A DNA stretch of 64,000 bases, taken from Octopus sinensis (taxonomy: Eukaryota). The stretch is taken from positions 19,716,001-19,780,000 of the forward strand of contig NC_043022.1 in NCBI RefSeq assembly GCF_006345805.1. Direction: 5' to 3'. Positions within the stretch are counted from its first letter, which is position 1; each line of letters begins with the position of its first letter. The translations under genes were made by a program, and so were the position numbers. The notes beneath the pieces are model-generated. The model saw nothing but the letters and a program-made list of their open reading frames with translations. It was not told the DNA's origin and searched no databases. Below, piece after piece: positions 1-12,703 of the stretch.

Positions 1-399
1 CAGTGCTTAACTGGTACTTATTTTCTGGACCCTAAAAGGACGAAAGGCAATGTCGACCTCGGCGGAACTTGAGTTCAGAACATAAAGATGGACGAAATGC
101 CGCAAAGCGCTTCGCCCGGCGTGCTTAACGATTCTATCAGCTGGACGCTTTATACAAATAGCAATATCATACAATATTTTTATATTATACGAAAATAATA
201 ATAAAAGGGTGATTATAAAGTGCCTTTACAAGTCGAAAAATCCAGAGAAGTGGAGGTTAATTCAACAGGTTGCGTACAACCGATGGAACCTACGTGGACT
301 CTTCTAATATTTCTAATAAAAAAACATATTTTTGCCAATGTTTTCCTATAACCCCTGCTACTTCTACCGCTTCATGTTCTTGCTTGATGAGACTGAGGT

Positions 400-780
400 C
401 ACCTCAGGGTAGTGGTCCCAAAGATCTCATCCTGCATAGAGCCGACCAAGTTCACCATTGCTCTCCATCATTATCGGTCCTACTCCAGACCCTCTGCATT
501 CTCCAAGGTGACGTCAAGCCTCTGGAGAGCTTCCGCAACCACGCCCAGACATCTGGTGCGGGGCTTGTCACGAGGCCTCTCCCAGCCTGCAGCTGCTGCG
601 CCGAATGAGAGTTAAGCTCTGTTAGAGTGGTCTTCCAGAAGACGGAGGACAAGTTTGTATCAGCGCATGCGTCAGATAGCTGTGAAGTGGGAAGCTTCGG
701 GCTGATGTGTGCGTGCACACAGTTCTTTGTTGGAAACGTGGTGGTACCATGTGATGTTCTCAAGGCTCTGCTATTATCTC
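400..780 (-). mobile_element. RTE-clade LINE 3' fragment (decayed)
   Basis: Minus frames give ...AAGWERPRDKPRTRCLGVVAEALQRLDVTLENAEGLE*DR**WRAMV, matching the RTE C-terminal GW.RP.GRP...DR..WR pattern. Confidence 0.65.
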
Positions 781-999
781 TGCTGAGTGTTCCTTATATT
801 TTTATGTTTTTTTCTGAATGTTTCAAATTGTAAATATGATTTACGGACACACAGTATACTAATATGATGATGTTTATAAATAATCCTTTCTATTATAGGC
901 ACAATGCCCGAAGGCTTGGGGGAGGGGACTAGTCGATGAATGCCAAAGTCGACCGCGGCGGATTTTGAATTGAGAGCGTAGCGACGGGAGAAATACCTA

Positions 1000-1219
1000 T
1001 TTCTATTTCTCTACTACCCACAAGGGGCTAAACACAGAGAGGACAAACAAGGACAGACAAACGGATTAAGTCGATTATATCTGGTACTTATTTAATCGAC
1101 CCCGAAAGGATGAAAGGCAAAGTCGACCTCGGCGGAATTTGAACTCAGAACGTAGCGGCAGACGAAATACCGCTAAGCATTTCGCCCAGCGCGCTAACGT
1201 TTCTGCCAGCTCGCCGCCT
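1000..1219 (-). mobile_element. tRNA-derived SINE family A (Deu/Nin-like central domain)
   Basis: tRNA-like head plus gcctttcatcctttcggggtcgataaattaagtaccag core. Other copies at about 1-150, 2640-2879, 6435-6663, 7790-8000, 19018-19247, 25628-25840, 30402-30596, 31515-31975, 32095-32328, 37019-37253 and 47551-47765. Confidence 0.85.
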
Positions 1220-3506
1220 CTGATGTTCATAAATAATAAAGCAATCAAAAGCCAGCCATCACAGAAAGAGGTTGCGAAGCTTTGCAATGGAATTTATAGA
1301 CAGTAATCTTTAAGGGGATGATGTATAAGTAGGCTATAAAGACCGGAACTCGGTTACACGAAGCTTTTAAAGGTGTCAATTGGTCAGAGGGAGAAAGAAG
1401 GTTATAGTCAGCCAAATATGAGTCACAACTTCCCTCGACTCTCTCAGTAGCTCACTTTATTTTCTTCTTAGAACTTTACTCCGTCTCTATCTGTAATTAC
1501 TACTACACAGCGCCGGGAATACAAACACAAACTATACAAGGAAAATCAACGACATCTATCTTTACTTCGCATGCTTTTCCATTTACCAGTTATACATACC
1601 AACCCGTCGTGGTTTGGGATTGTTTGACAATGTAACAGTAAATAAATATTTTCATTCACTGTTCTTTCATTTTTACGTAATGGCAATCAACTAACAAGAA
1701 ACCATTACAAACTGATTTGGTTGGAAGCACTCCGTCGGTTACGACGATGAGGGTTCCGGTTGATCCGAATCAACGGAACAGCAAGCTCGTGAAATTAACG
1801 TGTAAGTGGCTGAGCACTCCACAGACACGTGCACCCTTAACGTAGTTCTCGGGGATATTCAGCGTGACACAGAGAGTGTCAAGGCTGGCCTCTTGAAATA
1901 CAGGTACAACAGAAACAGGAAGTAAGAGTGAGAGAAAGTTGTGGTGAAAGAGAACAGCAGGGATCACCACCATCCCCTGCCGGAGCCTCGTGGAGATTTT
2001 AGGTGTTTTCGCTCAATAAACACTCACAGCGCCCGGTCTGGGAATCGAAACCGCGATCCTACGACCGCGAGTCCGCTGCCCTAACCACTGGGCCATTGCG
2101 CCTCCACTTACCAGTTATACATACCAACCCGTCGTGGTTTGGGATTGTTTGACAATGTAACGGTAAATAAATATTTTGTTTACAACTTCACTCACTGTTC
2201 TTTCATCTTTACGTAATGGCAATCAACTAACAAGAAACCATTACAAACTGATTACGACTCCAACGTTCCAACCTGTTTATCAATTATTGTTTACAAATTA
2301 ATATCAACCGTTACACACTCAACGAGTATACGGGAGCCTGTATGTGGTTGCATGACCTGCTAGAAAAAGTAGCGGTTAATGATTACATTTTGACCCGGAA
2401 ATGAAAATCTAGTGCAGTTAATGTTTGCATGTTGACCCAATGAACCAAAGTAGCCAAACTTTTTTATGTACAGAAGAGAAAAACCTCTGACACATTCAAC
2501 CAGTATCCGATGTTTCAAACTGTTTAGTTAAAAAAGATCAATTTTTAAAAAGATCTGTTTTGCGGGAGGGAAATAGCCGATGAATGGCAAAGTCGATCTC
2601 GGTGGAATTTGTATTGAGAACGTAGTGATGGGAGAAATACCTATTTCTATTTCTCTACTACCCACAAGGGGCTAAACACAGAGAGGACAAACAAGGACAG
2701 ACAAACAGATTAAGTCGATTACAGCGACCCCAGTGCGTAACTGGTACTTAATTTATCGACCCCGAAAGGATGAAAGGCAAAGTCGACCTCGGCGGAATTT
2801 GAACTCAGAACGTAGCGGCAGACGAAATACCGCTAAGCATTTCGCCCGGCGTGCTAACGACTCTGCCAGCTCGCCGCCTTTGGTGTTCATAAATAATAAA
2901 ACAATCAAAAGCCAGTCATCACAAGAAGAGGTTGCTAAGCTTTGCTATGGAATTTATAGATAGCAATGTTTAAGGGGATGATGTATAAGTAGGCTATAAA
3001 GACCGGAACTCGGTTACACGAAGCTTTAAAAGGAGTCAACTGGTCAGAGGGAGACCATGTGTGTATGTGCGTCTGTGTGTGTATGTGCACGTGTGTGTAT
3101 GTGCGTGTGTGGATGCGTGGGGTTGTGTCTAGAGGTATACGTGCGTTAGGTGTGTGTGCGTGTGGGTATATGTTCTTGTGTGCATGTGTGTGTATGCACG
3201 TGTATATGTAATTGTGTGCGTGTATATATGGATGTACAGTAAGAAGTGTGCTTCACGACTGTTATGGTTCTAGGTTCAATCCGCCCCCTCCCGCGTGACA
3301 CATGGGCTCGTGTCTTCTACTGTATAACCTGAGTTCCCACAGCAGTTTTTGCTCGATTTTTCCCAGAATATAGGAGTGTCATCATGACTTCTTTAAAAGC
3401 TTCGTGTATAGCTTACTTATACACCACCTTCTTAAATGTTACTATTTATGAATTCCGTGACAAGGCTTAGCAGCCCCTTTTTGTGCTGGCATACTTTTGA
3501 TTGTTT

Positions 3507-3566
<60 letters not shown>

Positions 3567-4026
3567 TGGGCTACAGCAAATATTCTGCTCAATACCACAG
3601 ATTTGCTTGTCAGTTGTTTGACCTTAACCTGTCGAGCATGTCCCTTAGTGGCTGACGATGTGTGCATCTCTGATCACGAGCAGAAGTAGTGGGGGAATAT
3701 CATAGCCATGTGTTGAGAGGGATTCTTTGGGGTTTTAACAATTCACCTTTGGCAACATGGGTGGTTCGTTCCACAGCCATAAACAAATCCTTATCCAGGG
3801 ACCTTTTGAGCGGGATGGGTTACTCGACCAGAAGAAAATTCTAACTGGGCCCCACCTGCAAGGTCATGTGCTGTTTATCTTGATATGAGATCACCATGTC
3901 GCGCTCATATGGTTGTGATGCATGTGCCTTGTGTACCCTTATCAGACGGGTAGTCATGATGGGTATACTGGGCTTCGTATATTTTACCCCAGTGTCATTT
4001 TGATGGCACGCACTGCTCTCTCACTC
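3567..4026 (+). mobile_element. ~460-bp (TAA)n-embedded repeat family E
   Basis: Flanked on both sides by (AAT)n. Inverted copy at 4183-4648; partial copies at 30270-30400 and 57414-57617. Confidence 0.8.
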
Positions 4027-4045
4027 AATAATAATAATAATAATG

Positions 4046-4090
<45 letters not shown>

Positions 4091-4108
4091 TAATATAATA
4101 ATAATAAT

Positions 4109-4178
<70 letters not shown>

Positions 4179-4182
4179 TTTA

Positions 4183-4648
4183 AGTGAGAGAGCAGTGCAT
4201 GGCATCAAAGTGACACTGGGATAAAATATACGAAGCCCAGTATACCCATCAGGACTACTCGTCTGATAAGGATACACCAGGCACATGCATCGCAACCATG
4301 TGTGCGCAACATGGTGATCTCATGTCAAGATAAACAGCACATGACCTTGCAGGTGGGGCCCAGTTAGAATTTTCTTCTGGTCGAGTAGCCCATCCCGCTC
4401 AAAAGGTTCCTAAATAAGGATTGTTTAAGTATGTTGAACGAACCAACCCTGTTTCCAAAGGTGAATTATCCAAACATCCAAGAGTTACTTTCAACACACG
4501 GCTATGATGCTCCCCCACTACTTCTGCTCATGATCAGAGATGCACATATCGTCAGTCACTAAATGACATGGTCAACTGGTTATGGTCAAACAACTGACAA
4601 GCAAATCTGTGGTACTGAGCAGAATATTTGCTGTAGCCCATGTTTTAT
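4183..4648 (-). mobile_element. Repeat family E, inverted copy
   Basis: Reverse-complement match to 3567-4026 over its whole length, with moderate divergence. Confidence 0.8.
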
Positions 4649-7600
4649 ACCAAGACAAAACAACGTACACGATAACACTTGCAATCAGTTAAGATCAAAA
4701 GCCATGAGAACCACTGCCTGGAACAGAAGTTTAATGTTTGATAAGTTCACAGAAAAATAAATTGGGTTGTATATAAGACATTTTTTTTATCTGTTGGTTG
4801 AAAAATCAGGATGATGAACCAGCAGAGGAGGTAAATCGAAAAGAAAAAAATCAAGCAACGCTCTACTAATTGAGACTGTTGATCAGGGATTCGATAACTT
4901 TTTCAGGCTACGGTTCCCTTGACATCCAGGTCGTATTCACAGTGCCCCCTCCTTACCACTACCTAACAAAGGCCTCTTTCTACAGCAATTTCAAAATATT
5001 TGTATTGTACACATTAAAACATAACCCAATTAACCCTTTTATTTTTTACATTCATTGCCCCCTTTTTGCTACCACATTATCGTCCCACTTTTCTTCAACG
5101 CCCCTAGATCTTTCCATCGCCCCTGAGCATCCATATTAGATTTCACTGTTAAAATTATTGGTTATACTTCACAAAATAAAAATATAATAGGGTTTCGTTA
5201 AAACATTGAATGGCTATCAGGGATCAAGTGAGCAACAGAAAGGGCCAAAAGAGGCCCCTAGACTTTTAAAAAGTGGTTGATCTAAATAAAAGGATAGGAT
5301 GATAACAACTGGAAAAGCTTTGATCCGGGTTCCTTAATCAAAGCCTGACCCGAAGAAACAACAACGACGGCGTGGAGGCGCAATGGCCCTGTGGTTAGGG
5401 CAGCGGACTCGCGGTCGTAAGAACGCGGTATCGATTCCCAGACCGGGCATTGTGAGTGTTTATTGAGCAAAGGCACCTAAGCTCCACGAGGCTCCGGCGG
5501 AGGTGGTGATGAACCCCGCTGTACTCTTTTGTTCTCATTCCAATTACTTTTGGTAACCCTGTAACGTATCATGGATCCCCGCTGTACTCTTTCACCACAA
5601 CTTTCTCTCCCTCTTTCTTCCTACTTCTTCCACAAAGCAGAGGAACCATGGTGTAACCTACTATGGTGTGATAAACTTTCAAGCCCTAGTCTAGATTGCG
5701 AATCCTCTGTACCCCAGGATGGTTCAGCTCTCCACCCATTAAAAAGCCACCGTTTACGGAATGAGGATAACAACGTAGCTTTCGCGCCCGAGCAACCGCC
5801 AGTCTATCGCGTGTGGTGGGTGGATCTTCAAGTTGCCACACGCATTCTTAGTAGCTTAGAGTAGGCTCGAATTAGAGATTATTCTTTGTGGCTAATGGCA
5901 TGAGTCCTGATTAGAAGAAGAAGACAACGATGTCAAAGGAAAGGCGATTGACACCACAACAACGACGACGATGACGACCACAATAGTATCTTTCTTTCTT
6001 TATAGCTTTTTCTGTGTGGCTGTGTGGTAAGTAGCTTGTTTACCAACCACATGGTTCCGGGTTCAGTCCCACTGCGTGGCACCTTGGGCAAGTGTCTTCT
6101 ACTATAGCCTCGGGCCGACCAAAGCCTTGTGAGTGGATTTGGTAGACGGAAACTGAAAGAAGCCCGTCGTATATATGTATATATACATATATATATATGT
6201 GCGTGTGTGTGTTTGTGTGTCTGTGTTTGTCCCCCTAGCATTCCTTGACAACCGATGCTGGTGTGTTTACGTCCCCGTCACTTAGCAGTTCGGCAAAAAG
6301 AGAGACCGATAGAATAAGTACTGGGCTTACAAAAGAATAAGTCCCGGGGTCGAGTTGTTCGATTAAAGGCGGTGCTCCAGCATGGCCGCAGTCAAATGAC
6401 TGAAACAAGTAAAAGAGAGTTAGTTGATTTCTTAACTACCCACAAGGGGCTAAACACAGAGGGGACAAACAAGGACAGACAAAGGGATTAAGGCGATTAC
6501 ATCGACCCCAGTCCCAGTACACAACTGGTACTTAATTTATCGACCCCGGAAGGATGAAAGGCAAAGTCGACCTCGGCGGAATTTGAACTCGGAACGTAAC
6601 AACAGACGAAATACGGTTACGCATTTCGCCCGGCGTGCTAACGTTTCTGCCAGCTCGGCGCCTTATAAAGAGAGAGTTAGTTGTGTATTCAAAAGTGTTG
6701 CCTTTTCTTCTTCCTGTATTTGTTTTTCTGCAACTATCTTCTGAACTTATATATAAATCTTCTCACTACGCAACTTCAGACAATGAAATGATTTATATTT
6801 TAGATGACAATAGAAAGAATAATAAAACAACATTTCGTTGGGTTTTTTTTTAACTAACGATAAAAAAGAAGCCACACTCCCCCACTGACGACAAGCGAAA
6901 ATAAATAACAAAAAAACCGGTATAATTACAATTATCAAAGAGAAGAGGACGGGGGGGCGGAGTAGAGAAAGGGATTTGGGAAGAAGCAGAAGAAGGGGGA
7001 AGCGGAGGAAGTGGAAAGAGGAGTGTGAGAAAAGGGAAGGGTAGGAAAAGGTGGGGAGGAGGGGGAGGAGGGGGAGGAAGGCGTGATGGAGAGGTGGGGG
7101 GGAGGGAGTTGAAGAAAGCCGGTCCTGGAAGTGGTTGCTGTTGTTGTTGTTGTTGTTGTTGTTTTTGTTATTAGTGACGTCATCGTCGTCGTTGTTGTTG
7201 CTGTTGTTGTTCCTGTTGCTCTGGTTATCGTTGTTGTTCTTCTGGTTAATGTTGTCGTTAGCGTCATTGCTGTTGTTTCTGTTGTTGTTGTTGTTGTTGT
7301 TGTTGTTGCTCTTGTTGCAGTTGCCGCTGCTGCTGTTATTTCTGCGCTTAAATCGAGAAATGCATGCATTCGCGCGCGTGTGTGTGTATGTATGTGTGTA
7401 TATGTGTATGTATGTGTGTATATGTGTGTGTATGTGTGTGTGTGTGTGTGTGTGTATGCATGTGTATGTATATGTGTATGTATGTGTATGTGTGTATGTA
7501 TGTGTGTGTATGTATGTGTGTATGTATGTGTGTATGTGTGTGTATGTATGTGTGTGTATGTGTATGTGTGTGTGCGTGAGTGTATGCGTGTGGTTGAATG

Positions 7601-8206
7601 TACTTCGTTACTTGTTTCAAACATTTGACTGCGGCCATGCTGGAGCACCACCTTAAGGGGTCTCTAGTCGAGGGAATGAAACCCAGGACTCATTCTTTGT
7701 AAGCCTAGTACTTACTGTATCGGTTGTCAAGTGATGGCGGAGGGTGGTGCAAACACACACATACACACACACACACACACATATATATACGTTAGCACGC
7801 CGGGCGAAATGCTTAGCGGTATTTCGTCTGCGGCCACGTTCTGAGTTCAAATTCCGCCGAGGTCGACTTTACCTTTCATCCTTTCGGGGTCGATAAATTA
7901 AGTACCAGTTATGCACTGGGGACGATGTAATCGACTTAATTCCTTTAACCGTCCTTGTTTGTCCTCTCTGTGTTTAGCCCCTTGTGGGTAATAAAAAAAG
8001 AATTATATGATATATATATATATATATATATATATATCTATATATATATATAATATATATATATATTATATATAATATGGGACTGAACCCGGAACCATGT
8101 GGTTGGTTAGCAAGCTACTTACCACGAAGCCACTCTATATATATATATATGAACCATGTGGTTGGTTAGCAAGCTACTTACCACAAAGCCACTCCTATAT
8201 ATATTA

Positions 8207-8294
<88 letters not shown>

Positions 8295-8302
8295 ATATAT
8301 AT

Positions 8303-8352
<50 letters not shown>

Positions 8353-8766
8353 AGTGGCTTCGTGGTAAGTAGCTTGCTAACCAACCACATGGTTTCGGGT
8401 TCAGTCCCACTGCGTGGCATCTTGGGCAAGTGTCTTCTGCTATAGCCCCGGGCCGACCAAAGCCTTGTGAGTGGATTTGGTAGACAGAAACTGAAAGAAG
8501 CCTGTCGTATATATCTATATATATATATGTATGTGTGTGTTTGTGCGTCTGTGTTTGTCCCCCTAGCATTGCTTGACAACCGATGCTAGTGTGTTTACGT
8601 CCCCGTCACTTAGCGGTTCGGCAAAAGAGACCGATAGAATAAGTACTGGGCTTACAAAGAATAAGTCCCGGGGTCGATTTGCTCGACTAAAGGTGGTGCT
8701 CCAGCATGGCCACAGTCAAATGACTGAAACAAATAAAAGATTAAAGAGTAAAGAGTATATATATAT

Positions 8767-9020
8767 AAGTGGAGGCGCGTGGCTTAGTGGTTAGGGTCTC
8801 AACATCATGATCGTAAGATTGTGGTTTCGATTCCTAGACCGGGCGACGCGTTGTGTTCACGAGCAAAACACTTCATTTCACGTTGCTCCAGTCCACTCAG
8901 CTGGCAAGAATGAGTAACGCTGCGACAGACTGGCGTCCTATCCAGCTGGGGGACACATACGCCATAGAAACCGGGAAACCGGGCCCATGAGCCTGGCTAG
9001 GCTTTAAAAGGGCGCATTTA
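8767..9020 (+). mobile_element. tRNA-derived SINE family D (CORE/Meta-like domain)
   Basis: ggcgcgtggcttagtggttag head plus gagcaaaacacttcatttcacgttgctccagtccactcagctg. Copies at 47827-48060 and 49017-49345. Confidence 0.75.
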
Positions 9021-9316
9021 TTTATTATATATATATAATTAATAATATCAAAGGGTAATCTGAAATATTAGAAATTTCCATTACCAGTGGCTTTTCAATT
9101 AATTGGTGGTTTGGAATTTAACTGTCCTCTCTAGCGTGCAGGTCCTCCCTGTCCTGGTCTATGGTTATAAGATTTTGATACTGTCCGGGGTCCTCAGAAG
9201 CCACCTCAACTCCTTCGATAACAGGATGCTTCGTAGGATTATGGGTTGTCAAGCGATGGTTGGGGGGAGAAGCACAGATACAAACACTTACATATATACA
9301 TACATACATACATACA

Positions 9317-9383
<67 letters not shown>

Positions 9384-9463
9384 AAATATAAATAAATGAA
9401 ACAAACTTTATTCAATACTATGATGGATACCTCTTATGTGTTTAAATGTACACTATTTATATG

Positions 9464-9513
<50 letters not shown>

Positions 9514-9515
<2 letters not shown>

Positions 9516-9825
9516 TAGCTGACGTACCTGGTAATTTCCGGGAAGCGGGGGCCTATACTCTTGGTTCCATTCTCATTTGTTTCGCTAATCTAGTAACAAT
9601 GATACAAAGTATGTAGGCCTTAAAACGGTTTTTGCGCATTTACAGAGAATACCAAACTATCTTACCCAGGATCTTGTTTTTAGGAATTCCCAATACGTTA
9701 CGAATACCCAAATTGTGAAACCAGTTATGTAAGAACCTGAATAAAACGATGTAGGAAGAATTAGCTAACAAACCCCTAAACAAGCACACCCACAGACAGA
9801 ATTTTTCCACATATGTAGTAGATAC
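9514..9825 (+). mobile_element. Helentron/DINE-1-like non-autonomous element
   Basis: Starts ACTAGCTGACGTACC after (TA)n and ends acagacagaatttttcc..tagtagat. Confidence 0.5.
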
Positions 9826-10251
9826 GACGGGCTTCTTTCAGTTTCCGTCTACCAGATCCACTCACAAGGCTTTATATATATACATAGAAGTAAATATATG
9901 GCACAACGAAGTACCGATATATTTACTTCTATGTATAATTTCCCTCACAAGAGTTTATAGTAGAAGACAGTTGTCTAAGGTGCCATGCAGTGGGACTGAA
10001 CCTGGAACCATGTGGTTGGGAAGCCAACTTCTTGACCACACAGCCACGCCTGCGCTTAGCTTCTTACCACACAGCCAGCAGTTGTTGCACTTCCTGTTGT
10101 CGTCATTATTGTTGATGGTCTCCTACTACAGTTGGTACTTAAAATGCTGTAGCTAATCTTGTCTGTTAGAGATTGTGTAATTTATTTCTCTTAATGACAT
10201 TGGAATTATGCGAGATAAGAGAAGTGAGCGAAGAAGAGAGGAGAGGAGGGA

Positions 10252-10292
<41 letters not shown>

Positions 10293-10429
10293 GGAGATAG
10301 AGAGGAAAAGAAGGGGAGAGAAATAAGTAAATTATTCAAATGTAAATATTAACCAATGAATGCAAAGGTTATTTCCTTGACCAGATCTGGTGTAAGTTCA
10401 TTAGACTTACTGATAATAAACGTAGTGGT

Positions 10430-11115
10430 GGTGGTGGCGTTGGTTGTGCTGGTGGTGGTGGTGGTAGTAGTGGCGGTGCTGGTGGTGGTAGAGGTGGTAG
10501 TGACCGGTGCTGGTAGTGGTGGTGCTGGTGGTGTGTTTTAGTGGTGGCAGAGGTGGTAGTAACTGGTGGTGGTACGGTTAAGTGGTGGTAGATGTTGTAA
10601 TGACCGGTGGTGGCAGTGCTGGTGCTGGTGGTGTGTTTTAGTGGTGGCAGAAGTGGTAGTGACTGGTGGTGGTACGGTTAAGTGGTGGTAGAGGTGGTAG
10701 TGACCGGTGGTGGCAGTGCTGATGCCTTGGTGCGGTTTAGTGGTGGTAGAGGTGGTAGTGATGGTGGTGGTACGGTTTAGTGGTGATAGAGGTGGTAGTG
10801 GCCGATGGTGGCAGTGCTGGTGCTGGTGGTGCAGTTTAGTGGTGGCAGAGGTGGTAGTGACTGGTGGTGGTACGGTTAAGTGGTGGTAGAGGTGGTAGTG
10901 GCCGGTGGTGGCAGTGCTGGTGCTGGTGGTGCAGTTTAGTGGTGGCAGAGGTGGTAGTGACTGGTGGTGGTACGGTTAAGTGGTGGTAGAGGTGGTAGTG
11001 ACCGGTGGTGGTAGTGGTGGTTCTCGTGGTGCAGTTTAGTGGTGGTAGAGGTGGTAGTGACCGGTGGTGGTAGTAGTGGTTCTGGTGGTGCGGTTTAGTG
11101 GTGGTAGAGGTGCTG
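10430..11115. repeat. G-rich minisatellite with higher-order units
   Basis: Recurring gtggtggtagaggtggtagtgaccggtggtggcagtgctggtgctggtggtgcagttta and gtggtggtacggttaa units. Confidence 0.9.
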
Positions 11116-11417
11116 GGAAGGGGTCAATGCTAGTGTTTGCGGGGTGGTGTGGTGTGGTGTGGTATGGTGGTGTGTGGTGTGGTGGTGTGTAGTGTGCTGT
11201 TGTGTGTGGTGTGGTGGTGTGGGTGTATGGGGGGCGAGAGTGCGGGAAGCAAGGGTGGCGTCTAAGCGATGGGGCGAGTGTGGGATGGGATGTATATGGA
11301 TGGTGGGGTTGAAATGTGTAGGGGTGGGTTAACAAGGGTGGAGTGACAATGAAGGGAGAAGGTGGGTTGGAGTGAAGAGAGGAAATAGGTGCCAGAGCAA
11401 GAGAGGAGAGGTGGTGG

Positions 11418-11845
11418 GGCTCTTTTCGGTTTGACCGGCAGTTTTTTAAACTAATTTCTAGTTAACTAAACACTTTTAAACTTCGTATACTGGTAGAATG
11501 TGTTTATAAAACATCTTTTTCTCGTGGCTTTATGGAGACAATTCTATAGTTTGTAAGATATTTGTTGTTTTTTTTCTTCAATTTCTGCAATGACGTTTAT
11601 TGAGGTAAAAACATTCTGTGCCGTATGAATATGTCCCTCGTTTAAGAAACAGATTGGGTTTATTTACATTTCTGAAGAAAAAAAAAGATACCCTTCACCC
11701 CACCCCTAACCCTAACTAACCCTAACTCTAACCCTAACCCTAAAACAGATTGAAATGCAATAAATCGATACTAGGGTCATAATTATGGGTGACAATTTCA
11801 TATGACACCGCGAGAAAAAAACTGCCGTCCAAACCGAAAAGATCC
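11418..11845. mobile_element. MITE with ~28-bp GG-initiated TIRs, 8-bp TSD and internal (CCCTAA)n; Merlin-like
   Basis: TIRs ggctcttttcggtttgaccggcagtttt / aaaactgccgtccaaaccgaaaagatcc. TSD GGTGGTGG at 11410-17 and 11846-53. Telomeric repeats at about 11705-11742. Confidence 0.75.
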
Positions 11846-11889
11846 GGTGGTGGGAGGAAGTAGGTGTGAGAGGAAGAGAGGAGAGAGGA

Positions 11890-12180
11890 GGAGGGTTAGA
11901 TGTAGAGAGGAGGAGAGTTGAGCCCGTGTGACGCAAAGGAGCGAAGAGAGAAGATTAATCCCTGCTCACGGCGAAGACGGGAGTCCCGATGACCCCTGTG
12001 CAAAGACAACCCGAACACAGACAGGTGTTGTAAAGAGTGACCGGTAGAGCGGAAATGGCGCGAGACCAGCATGTCGTTGCCGAGTCGGATGTTTCGGAGG
12101 TGTTCCGTGAACCGGTCAGCCAAGCGGCGTCCCGTTTAACCGATGTATAGAGAAGAGCAGGAGATGTAGTAGATGATGTT
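11890..12180 (-). mobile_element. Penelope-like GIY-YIG endonuclease C-terminal fragment
   Basis: SLYIG*TGRRLADRFTEHLRNIR..VSRHFRSTGHS..REQGLIFSL..HGLN. The YIG portion is duplicated at 12276-12350. Confidence 0.8.
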
Positions 12181-12181
12181 G

Positions 12182-12237
<56 letters not shown>

Positions 12238-12703
12238 GCGTGCGTGCGTGTGTGTGTGTACGTGCGTATCTATCCGTGAACCGGTCAGCCAAGTGGCGTC
12301 CGGTTTGACCGATGTATAGAGAAGAGCAGGAGATATAGTAGATGATGTTGCTGAGTGTGTGTGTGAGTGTGTGTGTGAGTGTGTGTGTGTGTGTGCGTGT
12401 GCGTGCGTGCGTGTGTGTGTGTACGTGCGTATCTATGTATGTGTGTCATTGTGTTTGTCCTCCACTACCTCTTGACGACCAGTGTTGATTTATTCACGCG
12501 TTCGGCGACTTAGCGGTTATGCACAAGAAACCGATCTAATATGTGTGCCAAGCTTTGAAAAAATAAGTACTCTGATTGATTCTTCCGACTAAAACAAAAC
12601 AAAAAATAATTTCAAGTGAGTGCTCCAGCATGACCGCAATGTATTGACTACAATAGGAAACAAGAAAGAAAATGGGGAAATTATGGGTCACGTTAGTTAC
12701 TTT

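Noticed and set aside
5769-5837. Minus-strand hammerhead candidate (UUGAAGA...GAAAGCUA)
   Set aside because: Helix II does not close at its base and helix I is out of register by one nucleotide.
6935-7656. Long ORFs of 165-238 aa, and similar ones at 26302, 34268, 59227 and 61579
   Set aside because: They are translations of (CA)n, (TA)n, (GATA)n or (GTT)n microsatellites with no stops; there is no domain content.
10430-11115. CRISPR-like array
   Set aside because: Low-complexity G-rich minisatellite with no unique spacers, in eukaryotic context.
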